From assembly GCA_016788705.1 (NCBI GenBank), contig JAEUSQ010000027.1:1572-65571 (forward strand): 64,000 nucleotides of DNA, read 5' to 3'. The position numbers and the translations under genes are program-made. This DNA is from Bacteroidota Order II. bacterium (GTDB lineage: Bacteria; Bacteroidota; Rhodothermia; Rhodothermales; UBA2364). Positions 37,945 through 46,407 of the stretch are shown here, piece after piece; the first letter of the stretch is position 1; each line of letters starts with the position of its first letter. A model generated the notes under the pieces. That model searched no databases. It saw only the letters and a list, made by a program, of their open reading frames with translations, and had not been told where the DNA came from.

Positions 37945-38922
37945 AGACATTATGTCAGTTTATTTTAGGGTATTGAAGTGGTGTAATTGAGGTTATGAGA
38001 TTGTGTAAATGCTGCCCCAGTAGCGAAAGCGTTTTTTACAAAATTGTTCTTTCTTAATCGGCATCCATCTTTGAGAATACGCAAACGTTTTATGCTTCCA
38101 ATGGCGTGTTCGACATGCGCTCGTGTACGAAATATTTCTCGATTGAGCGCTTTTTGTTCGCTGTTCAATCCTTGACGACAAGGTTTTTTGATTGATTGAT
38201 GAATCCTGCCTTCATCGGGCACCAAACCTTGATAAGCCGTATCTTGGCATACCATAAATCCTGATGGAATCGTGTAATAGGTATCTGCTACCTTTTTATC
38301 ATGTATTTTATTCGGAACCGAAGGAAAAAAACAATACATAACAGAGTACAGTGGGTAATGACTGCGTTTTTCAATGTCTGTTTTTTTTACCACTACACAT
38401 AACTTCTTGTTTTTCTCGACCTTGTGGACGTAGTATTTTGCGCGTCGTACAGTTATTAAGCAAGGTTTTATCTTCTACTGTGGTTAAGACTTATTGTAAG
38501 GCTTCATCCGTTCTAAAAGGCATTGTTTGTGCAAGAACCAACACCTTTTTCAGAGCTATATGTAGGCCATGAGTAAGTTGTGAGCATTGTTTTTGGGTAA
38601 GACGAAACAAATCGAATCGGTATGTGCTCCTTGTAGAGGATTGAGTTTGAGGTAAAACAAGATAAAGACAGGTCGCTCTTGAATCGTTGGCGAAGGACTG
38701 TTGGAGTAACGGACAAATTTTCGATAACTATTTTGTCCTTTTCCATTCAGATCAAACGTTTTGAAGTGGGCTTGATGTGCTTGTTCAAAAAAAGGAAACA
38801 ACGCATTAACTTGTTAGAGCGTGTGCCCTGTCATGGCTAAGAAGCGACCGGGCATTGTTGACCAGTGATCGTATTTCATAGCTTCGCGCATATACTTATA
38901 AAGTTAGCGTAACATAATGTCT
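37945..38922. mobile_element. Decayed ~1-kb IS (IS5-superfamily, HTH_Tnp_4/DDE_Tnp_4 Harbinger-like) with intact 11-bp TIRs and 3-bp AAT target duplication
   Basis: AGACATTATGT at 37945-37955 is the reverse complement of ACATAATGTCT at 38912-38922. AAT occurs at 37942-37944 and again at 38923-38925. Confidence 0.75.
37965..38879 (-). pseudogene. Transposase pseudogene of the IS above (in-frame stop plus frameshifts)
   Basis: The N-terminus MKYDHWSTMPGRFLAMTGHTL* is followed by ...ERPVFILFYLKLNPLQ (HTH_Tnp_4-like). The C-terminal DDE part is QDTAYQG...KKP...LNSEQKALNREIFRTRAHVEHAIGSIKRLRIL. The pieces lie in different frames. Confidence 0.7.
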
Positions 38923-39310
38923 AATAATTTTGCAAATCCCATTCAGGGGGTTGATACGAGGTATTGGGAGGATGGTAACCCATTCTTTGGCCATACAGAT
39001 GCACCAGCGCATAGGCCAGAATTCCTAAACCAAGTCCCAGGGCACTGAAGTAAAGGATGATAAGTTGTGCCGTTTTGACTTGCAGATGTGGATCAGAGCC
39101 TGCCCAAAAGGTAGCGAAGAACACTCCTATAATACCACCATTGAGCAAGCCCACCAGACCATATCCCAGCATCAGCCAAATGGAAAACGGGCGTTTTTCC
39201 GGAAACCGAAAATTGGAACGTTCAGAATAAATAAAAAGCATTGCACTACATTTTCGACAATGCTGATACGATTCATCAAAGACTCCGTTCCATGTCATAA
39301 TAAAGATCAC
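38921..39310 (-). CDS. Hypothetical membrane protein (2-3 TM helices)
   Basis: Hydrophobic segments WLMLGYGLVGLLNGGIIGVFFATFW and LIILYFSALGLGLGILAYALV. Backbone composition. The start codon choice is uncertain. Confidence 0.4.
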   Translation of the reverse strand: MIFIMTWNGVFDESYQHCRKCSAMLFIYSERSNFRFPEKRPFSIWLMLGYGLVGLLNGGIIGVFFATFWAGSDPHLQVKTAQLIILYFSALGLGLGILAYALVHLYGQRMGYHPPNTSYQPPEWDLQNY

Positions 39311-39356
39311 CTCTCAATACCTAACGCACCGCATCAAAGAATCATCAATTCTTAAC

Positions 39357-39390
39357 GCAACGCGTCTAATTTTATATTGCGCAACGCGTC
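39357..39390. promoter_or_regulatory. Two direct copies of GCAACGCGTC upstream of phaR (candidate operator)
   Basis: Copies lie at 39357-39366 and 39381-39390, 24 bp apart. A related TAACGCACCGC lies at 39322-39332. All are within 105 nt of the phaR start. Confidence 0.3.
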
Positions 39391-39425
39391 ATGGTAAGCG
39401 TATCTTGTAATAAAAAGATTCGGCC

Positions 39426-39893
39426 ATGACACCCCATATCATCAAACGTTACGAAAACAGGAAACTTTACGACACCGAAGCACGCAAATATGTTTCACTA
39501 CCTGAATTGGCCGAATTGGTTCGAAAAGGTGAAACCATTCAGGTTTTAGACAATGTTTCTGGGGATGACTTGACAAATGCTACCCTTACCCAGATCATCT
39601 TGGATGAAGGAAAAAAGGGGAACAGCCTCATACCCACGGACTTGCTTCATGACTTGGTGCGTCGTGGCGCCTCGGTTTTGGAAGAAAGCGTTAGTCACAT
39701 CCGTACCAATGTGGATACCTTGCTAAACACCTCGTTGCATCAGCTAAACGCATGGCTTCCAACGCCAAAAGAAAAAACGGAACTGGAAGAGTTGCGCACC
39801 CATCTAAAACAATTAGAAGAAACCGTAGCGAAATTGGTCTCACAAACCGATTTGCCAGCCGCAGAAGTTCAAAAAAAACCATCAAATTCATAA
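39426..39893 (+). CDS. phaR: Polyhydroxyalkanoate synthesis regulator PhaR
   Basis: N-terminal PHB_acc_N pattern IIKRYENRKLYDTEARKYVSLPELAELVRKGETIQVLD. Confidence 0.8.
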   Translation: MTPHIIKRYENRKLYDTEARKYVSLPELAELVRKGETIQVLDNVSGDDLTNATLTQIILDEGKKGNSLIPTDLLHDLVRRGASVLEESVSHIRTNVDTLLNTSLHQLNAWLPTPKEKTELEELRTHLKQLEETVAKLVSQTDLPAAEVQKKPSNS

Positions 39894-39910
39894 TAAACTG
39901 GAGTCTAACC

Positions 39911-40510
39911 ATGAAACCGACCCCGAATACCCTCGACATCAACAAATTGGCCACCGAGTTGGCGGACAAAAGCCGTGATTTTTATTTTGCTGGCCTCGGT
40001 GCCTTTGCCGTTGCGCAGGAAGAAGGCAATAAAATGTTTGACATGTTTGCAGAAAAAGGCAAAGAAGTAGCCGATTACATGCAAGCCCTTCAACGCCGCA
40101 CAATGAATTTGGACGAAGAAGCCCAAGACCTGATGAAGGAAGGCGAAGCCTATGCCGATAAACTGATTGACAAGGGGGAGTCACTTCAGCAAGAAGCCCT
40201 TGCGGAAATCAAAAAATGGATAGAAGATATGCAAGTGCAGGCCACCAAATGGCAAAAAGAAGCCACCAAGTTCATCTTGGATCCGGTTGAGAAAATGATT
40301 TCTCCGGTACAAGATGTGGTGACAGATGCCCTTACCCGTTTTGGCGTACCCACCTCAGGCGAAGTGAGAACCCTCAATGTACAAGTTACCGAACTGACCC
40401 ACAAGGTGGACCAACTGACCGCATTATTAGCGACCAAAGAAGTGCCTGCACCCAAAAAAGCGACGAAAGCAATGAAAGTTGAAGAAGTAAAAGTTGAGGT
40501 TGTTGTATAG
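39911..40510 (+). CDS. Phasin-family PHA granule-associated protein
   Basis: FYFAGLGAFAVAQEEGNKMFDMFAEKGKEV followed by a long amphipathic helical region. The start was trimmed to the Met at 39911. Confidence 0.75.
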   Translation: MKPTPNTLDINKLATELADKSRDFYFAGLGAFAVAQEEGNKMFDMFAEKGKEVADYMQALQRRTMNLDEEAQDLMKEGEAYADKLIDKGESLQQEALAEIKKWIEDMQVQATKWQKEATKFILDPVEKMISPVQDVVTDALTRFGVPTSGEVRTLNVQVTELTHKVDQLTALLATKEVPAPKKATKAMKVEEVKVEVVV

Positions 40511-40548
40511 TGCCCCTAAGCAACCGTTTCAACTAAATTGAAGTGAAA

Positions 40549-40576
40549 GGCGGGCGGAATAGGTCCGCCTTTTTTA
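40549..40576 (+). terminator. Rho-independent terminator after the phasin gene
   Basis: AGGCGG (40549-40554) pairs with CCGCCT (40566-40571). TTTTTT follows. Confidence 0.75.
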
Positions 40577-40616
40577 TCTTCCTCTGGAAAAACGTTTCCA
40601 CAAACCCAATTTTCCC

Positions 40617-41855
40617 ATGAACGTTCCGAATTCTGCCGCCAACGGAGCGGATACCATTGACTATAGTGGACTTGGCTTGGCTTGCGCAGGAGGTGTGGTA
40701 GAAGGTGCTATCTATGAAATTGGCGCCCTTAACGCCTTACAAGATGCCATTGTCGGATTAGACCTGAATCAGATGAGCACATATGTAGGCATCAGTTCCG
40801 GTGCACTCCTGACGTCCTGTTTGGCAAATGGGGTAACCGTGCGTGCGCTTAGCAAAGCAGTGGTAGGCCATGCAGAAGAAGCCGAATTAAACTTTGAGCC
40901 CAATACACTTTTTGGGTTTGCCATAGACGAATATATCCAGCGGCTTTCCAATATTCCAAAAGCAGTCTGGAAGTCGGTAGAATACCTTTTCCAGCACCCT
41001 ACCCAATGGTCTCTTTGGGGATCCTTGGGGGGATTCGGCAGGGTTATCCCAGCAGGTATTTTTGACAATAAAAACTTAGAAAAGTACCTACGGTTTGTAT
41101 TTTCTAAAGTGGGGAGGAGCAATGATTTCCGAAAGCTCAAAGCAAAATTGCGCATTGTTGCCACCGACTTAGACACAGCGGAATTGGTGAGTTTTGGGGA
41201 AACGGGCTTTGATGAGGTACCCATTTCCGTAGCTGTTCAGGCGAGTACGGCCTTACCCGGTTTGTACACTCCTATAAAAATCGGAAAAAAATATTACATA
41301 GATGGCGTTGCTCGCCGCACGGTCCATGCATCTGCGGCATTGAAAGAAGGCGTTAAATTATTGTTTTGTATCAATCCAATCGTGCCGATCAACACCCGTT
41401 CCGGTGAAGTACAAGGAGAAGGCAAACACTTAAACGATTACGGACTTCCCGCAGTAATGTCGCAGACATTCCGTGTCTTGGTATTTTCCAGGATGCAGAC
41501 GGGGTTTGAACGGTACAAAATGTTTTATCCCGATGCCGACACCATCCTGATTGAACCCCGAATGGACGATGACGAAGTTTTCTTCTCGAACATATTCAGT
41601 TTCTCGAACCGTCACAAGGTGGCTGAACATGCCTATCAGAAAACCCGCACCCATTTGCTCGAACAAGCAGAGATCATCCAGCCCAAATTGGCCAAACACG
41701 GACTGCGTTTAGACATCGAGGGCCTCAAAAAACCACGATCGCTGTATAATGAGCACGATTTAAATCAAGGAAGCTCCTTTTTTGAAGAAGCTCAGAACAC
41801 TTTTGAAAAATTAGACATGGTGCTTCAAAGCCTCCGAAAAACCGTAGGTGTATGA
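40617..41855 (+). CDS. Patatin-like phospholipase family protein
   Basis: Oxyanion Gly-rich loop CAGGVVEG, nucleophile elbow GISSG (GxSxG) and catalytic Asp in YIDGVARR. Confidence 0.85.
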   Translation: MNVPNSAANGADTIDYSGLGLACAGGVVEGAIYEIGALNALQDAIVGLDLNQMSTYVGISSGALLTSCLANGVTVRALSKAVVGHAEEAELNFEPNTLFGFAIDEYIQRLSNIPKAVWKSVEYLFQHPTQWSLWGSLGGFGRVIPAGIFDNKNLEKYLRFVFSKVGRSNDFRKLKAKLRIVATDLDTAELVSFGETGFDEVPISVAVQASTALPGLYTPIKIGKKYYIDGVARRTVHASAALKEGVKLLFCINPIVPINTRSGEVQGEGKHLNDYGLPAVMSQTFRVLVFSRMQTGFERYKMFYPDADTILIEPRMDDDEVFFSNIFSFSNRHKVAEHAYQKTRTHLLEQAEIIQPKLAKHGLRLDIEGLKKPRSLYNEHDLNQGSSFFEEAQNTFEKLDMVLQSLRKTVGV

Positions 41856-42749
41856 TTCCCGCAAACTTAAAAGGTTCCCTTTGGTTCTCTGTTGTGTTAG
41901 GTATGCTTCACCATAAGCCAAAAAAGCTTGATGAAGCGCCTTGGTAACCGACCCCACTTGCCCATTACCTATTTTCAGGGCATCCAACTGCACCACCCCC
42001 ACAGCACCGTTGGTTGTCGAAGTTACAAATGCCTCTTGGGCCGTTTGTAATTCATCTATGTGTACGGGCCGCATTTCTACGGGGTACCGATCTTGCGCCA
42101 ATTCCAAAATCACGCCACGGGTTATTCCCCGCAATATGCGGTCATGGGGTGTTACAACCACCCCCGTTTTCGTTACCAAAAAGAAATTTGACCGCGAAGA
42201 CTCTGTAATCCATCCTTCCGGGTCAATGTACAACATATCAAAGGCTCCCGCTTTACGAATCTGTGGCAAAGCCCTAATCGGAACAATATAATTGAGCGTT
42301 TTAGCCTCTGCTATTTCCCGGACGTAAGGATGGGCAATTAGGAGAACGCCCTCGGTATAGTATTCCGGCTTAGGAGCTGGATAGGGGGCATCAAGCACAA
42401 TCAGATTAGGAGTCGTAGGATGGTAACTATCCGACGAGAAGCCACCCGTCAAAACCAACCTCAAACCAGCGCTCGGATGACCATTGGCCGCAATCAATGA
42501 ATAAATATGTGCCTTCAGTGCTGTTATAGAAAGCGGTATTTCAAGCCCCAAGAGCGCGGCAGAATGCTGGAAACGTGCCAGATACCTATCCTCAAAAAGG
42601 GGTATCCCATTGACCACCCGCATAAAATCAAAAACACCATAACCGCGCAACAAGGCCAAGTCGGTTACATGCAGTTTGGCATCGGCTGTTGAAACCACAT
42701 CGCCATTAAGACCAATAAAAGGCGAGGAGAAAACAGGAACAGTAAACAT
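41811..42749 (-). CDS. Class IV (branched-chain / D-amino-acid / ADC-lyase type) aminotransferase
   Basis: Fold-type IV pattern including the Lys region EAKTLNYIVP and ESSRSNFFLV...ILRGITR. Confidence 0.8.
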   Translation of the reverse strand: MFTVPVFSSPFIGLNGDVVSTADAKLHVTDLALLRGYGVFDFMRVVNGIPLFEDRYLARFQHSAALLGLEIPLSITALKAHIYSLIAANGHPSAGLRLVLTGGFSSDSYHPTTPNLIVLDAPYPAPKPEYYTEGVLLIAHPYVREIAEAKTLNYIVPIRALPQIRKAGAFDMLYIDPEGWITESSRSNFFLVTKTGVVVTPHDRILRGITRGVILELAQDRYPVEMRPVHIDELQTAQEAFVTSTTNGAVGVVQLDALKIGNGQVGSVTKALHQAFLAYGEAYLTQQRTKGNLLSLRESYTYGFSEALKHHV

Positions 42750-42770
42750 GAATTCGAGGTCGTCAAAGGT

Positions 42771-44459
42771 TTATGAAAGGGCGGTTTGTTGAATAACAGT
42801 ATGGAGCATAGTCAAAAAATCGCTCAAGGCCAATTCATTGGTAAAAGGGATTTGATGAAATCTACCACGATTACAATACATCCAGTGTGCCAGAATCCGG
42901 ATTTCATCTACCTCTTTCTGGCCGTACCGTTCAGGAGGTTTACGGTGGGGCGAAAACTGGTCTTCCACAACGGCTTGAAGCAGATGTAAGACCTGTTCTG
43001 TTTGCCAGCCATGCGGACTAAACCGAAGTGTCTCCACTTTTTTTCCAAAACGGATAAGGTGTACCAACAGCGCGCCTTCTTCCATAAGCACAAACGCTCC
43101 ATTATGATCCCGGACAGGCGCGGCAATGTGCTTCCGTCCTTGCAATATCCGATCAAACATCTGTAATTGATCTCTAAACCATCGTGCTTCCTCGAAGGCT
43201 AAAGCCGTTGCTGCTTTTTTCATCTTATGCTGCAAGGCCGTTCGAACACTTTCATTTTCGCCCATTAGAAAATTCCGCACCATTTGTACGTGATCGGCAT
43301 ACGCTACCCTCGCTTCAGGTTTTGCACACGGGGCTTCGCAGCGACCCATTTCGTGATAAATGCAGACCGCTTTCCGGTTAAACGTACTTTCGTCACACTC
43401 CCTTAGGCGAAAAAGCTGGTTAATCCATTCCAAAGTCTGCTCGGCTTGTTCACGATTTGCCAAAGGCCCAAAATACTCGGCTCCATCATTTAGTACCACA
43501 TATTTCCATCCAACCGTTGGGAATGCAAGATGGCTATTGAGACAGATAAACGGTGCATTTTTATACCGAACCAATGCACGGTTAAATTTAGGCAGGTGTT
43601 GCTTGATGAGCTTAGATTCATACAGCAAGGCATCCAGCTCTGACGGCAAGGCATCCCACTTAATGTCCCGCACTTCCCGCACCAGATTTTGGGTTTTCTT
43701 GGGGTGATTTTCAATGGCCCGAAAGTATGAAGTTACCCGATCCTTTAAACGCCTTGCCTTCCCTACATAAATCAACCGCTTTGACCGATCATACATTCGA
43801 TAAACACCGGGGAGATCTGGAATTTGGGGCAAGATTTTTTCTCGGATAATGGGAATGTGTTTGGGCTCCCCCTTCGTTTGCGCATAAGACTTGTATTGGA
43901 AACGAATTGCCTCTTCAATGGTGCTGATATTGAATTCAGTATCGAGGATACGTGCCAATTGTACAAAGATTTTGGCGGTAGCTTCGGCATCTGCAGTGGC
44001 CCGGTGGTGGTTGACAATGCGGATACCAAAATGGTTGGCCAAGTTTTTTAGACCGCGAGAAGGAAGACGTGGCAATAACCGACGCGCCAGCCGCAACGTA
44101 CACAATTTTTTTTGCTCTAAGGCTGGCAACTCGGCCCGCTCCAATTCTGCCGACACAAATCCATCGTCGAAAGAAAGGTTGTGCGCGACCAAAACCCCAT
44201 CTCCCACAAAGGCCAGAAAATCCATAAATGCTTCTTCCGGTGGGGGCATATTGACCAACATCGCCGTATGAATGCCTGTGATTTCGGTAATAAAACGGGG
44301 CACAAATTTGCCCGGATTGACTAATTGGGAAAAACGAGCCACCTCCACCCCATTCACCAATTTAATAGCCCCTATTTCAATCACACGGTCTTCGTCCGGC
44401 TTCATGCCAGTCGTTTCTGTGTCAAATACCACAAAGGTGTGATTGGTTAAAAGCGTCAC
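42771..44459 (-). CDS. DEDDh 3'-5' exonuclease (DnaQ-like) fused to UvrC/Cho-like GIY-YIG nuclease
   Basis: Exo motifs FVVFDTETTG, VAHNLSFDDGF and HRATADAEAT. GIY-YIG PGVYRMYDRSKRLIYVGKARRLKDRVTSYF ... YESKLIKQHLPKFN. Cys cluster CIYHEMGRCEAPC. Confidence 0.85.
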   Translation of the reverse strand: MTLLTNHTFVVFDTETTGMKPDEDRVIEIGAIKLVNGVEVARFSQLVNPGKFVPRFITEITGIHTAMLVNMPPPEEAFMDFLAFVGDGVLVAHNLSFDDGFVSAELERAELPALEQKKLCTLRLARRLLPRLPSRGLKNLANHFGIRIVNHHRATADAEATAKIFVQLARILDTEFNISTIEEAIRFQYKSYAQTKGEPKHIPIIREKILPQIPDLPGVYRMYDRSKRLIYVGKARRLKDRVTSYFRAIENHPKKTQNLVREVRDIKWDALPSELDALLYESKLIKQHLPKFNRALVRYKNAPFICLNSHLAFPTVGWKYVVLNDGAEYFGPLANREQAEQTLEWINQLFRLRECDESTFNRKAVCIYHEMGRCEAPCAKPEARVAYADHVQMVRNFLMGENESVRTALQHKMKKAATALAFEEARWFRDQLQMFDRILQGRKHIAAPVRDHNGAFVLMEEGALLVHLIRFGKKVETLRFSPHGWQTEQVLHLLQAVVEDQFSPHRKPPERYGQKEVDEIRILAHWMYCNRGRFHQIPFTNELALSDFLTMLHTVIQQTALS

Positions 44460-44473
44460 AGATAATAGCGTGG

Positions 44474-46396
44474 TTATGGCATTAAATAGCCCAATACTCC
44501 AAGACGGCCTTTCAACTCGGAAACATGCGCATGCTCAACCATTATATGACGGTTTTCTGCGCGTAAAATAAGCTTAGACAATACCGGATCCGTCAGGAAC
44601 AACTGCAACAAATCCGGGTCATCATCCAATTTAAAAACCTGATAAGTCGCAACAGCCCGTATGGGACGGATTCTTGTTCTTATTTTCACAATAAATTCCA
44701 ACCAATTTATTGGCCATTCGGTGATCGGCACCTCCACTACCCGCTGAAAGTCTTTTATCCGCTCATTTGCCTCCTCGACCGTCGTACAGTTCTTCAGAAA
44801 GCTCCGAAAATCTGCCCGAAACCGACACGTAGCCACTTGTTCGGCAAATCTACTTAAGTTCGCCTCTTTAATGCTGTCGGGTTTGGAAATCGTGATCATC
44901 AAAAAATCCGGATCTAGTTCTATATTGGTTTTTCCTGATTCAACAATTTCCTTTTTATACACATATGTGGGTGCTTGACCAAAGAAATAAGCGCCTAAAT
45001 CAGTTAATCGTACATATTGAATACCATCAAAAAGAGTAAGATACTCCTCATCTGGAACACGAATTTCATCATTAATGGGGTCCGTATAGGCAATTTCAAC
45101 CAAACCCAAGGAAGCCATAATAGAAAAGAATGATCTCACAAATGGTAGTGCCAAAACCTCAATTATTTGTGAAAAAGATATTTCTTTTTTTATGAAATTA
45201 ATCTTATCATTCTCTCTAATGGCTGAATCCAGATAAAGATCTTTAACTGAAAAAGATTGAATATAACTAAAAAAAACATCGTTCATGTGATACATCCATT
45301 GGGCAATATGTAGCGGAGAATACCATACTTTTTTTTCAAGTTTACGCATTAACTCCTGCAACTCCTGCAAGACGGGTTGTAAGTTTTCATCAAAAGAAAA
45401 ATTGGTATTAGGTTTATAAATATACGAAAAAAATATCTTCTTTGTTATATGGTTTGGCATCATAAACAAAGCATCTAAAATATGTTTCAATATCACTAAA
45501 GGTTGATCATAATGAATTTTTATACCTAAATTAATAAATAAATTCGCCAATAAATTCGTCATAACGAATGCACGAGGTCCTTTATTTTCTTTATATAGTT
45601 CTTGAATTTTTGCTACTTTTTTCAACTCTTTAAGCGTAGATATCGAAATTTTATTGGTTGCAGTTTTCTGGATAGTTACTTCCCTAAAATAAGTCACCAA
45701 AGTATTCACATGTAAAGGTGCATGACCGTCAGATTCTATATCATAGCGTTGCCAATCTGCTAATATTTCTGACTGTTCAGCATATAGCAACTTAGAGGGT
45801 AAAATACTTTTGAACCACTCCCTTAATATCTTTTTTATTTCTTTACTAAGATCCACATCATAAGCATTGGTATATGAAGAATAACCATATCTACTACTAT
45901 TACGGAATATTTCATATGCTCTTTCTACATCTCGATAATAATTTTCTTGGTTGGTTTGATAAAAAATGATGCCAAAATTTTCTTTTAAAGAACGTGCCGA
46001 TAACGAACCAAAGCATGCAACCTGAAAGAAGATTGTTTTCACTTCTTCGGGAAGTGTATTATAAAAACGTAAAAAAGATGTCCGGTTTCCCCAAATAGTA
46101 GCTATAGCAGTGGCCAATGCTTTTTTAGAAGGTTGCTTAATAGGTTTTAACCAAACATTTGGAATTTTTATATCCACTTTTCCGGCATCAGAAACAAGAT
46201 AAGGCAGGATATAGTCATCGTAGAAAATTTTTAATGACTCTATACCTTTATCCCTTAGCAATGCAGATTGAATAATAGCTTCTGGAGATTTACCCATAAC
46301 TTCTTCTTCGGATTGAATAATACCTTGTGAAGATCTACCCAGGACTTTTTCTTCGATAACGCGCCTTGGGCGTCCACGTCTTAGCTGGTGTGCCAT
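44474..46396 (-). CDS. Unknown 640-aa protein with N-terminal AT-hook-like RRGRPRR. The C-terminal region faintly resembles the XPB N-terminal / Helicase_C_3-type domain.
   Basis: Uninterrupted ORF, 11 nt after the SNF2 stop and 14 nt before the nuclease start. No catalytic motif recognised. There is a strong internal composition shift. Confidence 0.6.
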   Translation of the reverse strand: MAHQLRRGRPRRVIEEKVLGRSSQGIIQSEEEVMGKSPEAIIQSALLRDKGIESLKIFYDDYILPYLVSDAGKVDIKIPNVWLKPIKQPSKKALATAIATIWGNRTSFLRFYNTLPEEVKTIFFQVACFGSLSARSLKENFGIIFYQTNQENYYRDVERAYEIFRNSSRYGYSSYTNAYDVDLSKEIKKILREWFKSILPSKLLYAEQSEILADWQRYDIESDGHAPLHVNTLVTYFREVTIQKTATNKISISTLKELKKVAKIQELYKENKGPRAFVMTNLLANLFINLGIKIHYDQPLVILKHILDALFMMPNHITKKIFFSYIYKPNTNFSFDENLQPVLQELQELMRKLEKKVWYSPLHIAQWMYHMNDVFFSYIQSFSVKDLYLDSAIRENDKINFIKKEISFSQIIEVLALPFVRSFFSIMASLGLVEIAYTDPINDEIRVPDEEYLTLFDGIQYVRLTDLGAYFFGQAPTYVYKKEIVESGKTNIELDPDFLMITISKPDSIKEANLSRFAEQVATCRFRADFRSFLKNCTTVEEANERIKDFQRVVEVPITEWPINWLEFIVKIRTRIRPIRAVATYQVFKLDDDPDLLQLFLTDPVLSKLILRAENRHIMVEHAHVSELKGRLGVLGYLMP

Positions 46397-46407
46397 CTTT
46401 TATTCTG

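Noticed and set aside
41811-41855. 45-nt convergent overlap of the patatin gene 3' end with the aminotransferase gene 3' end.
   Set aside because: Short convergent overlaps are common and may shrink with alternative stop or start interpretation. There is no evidence of function.
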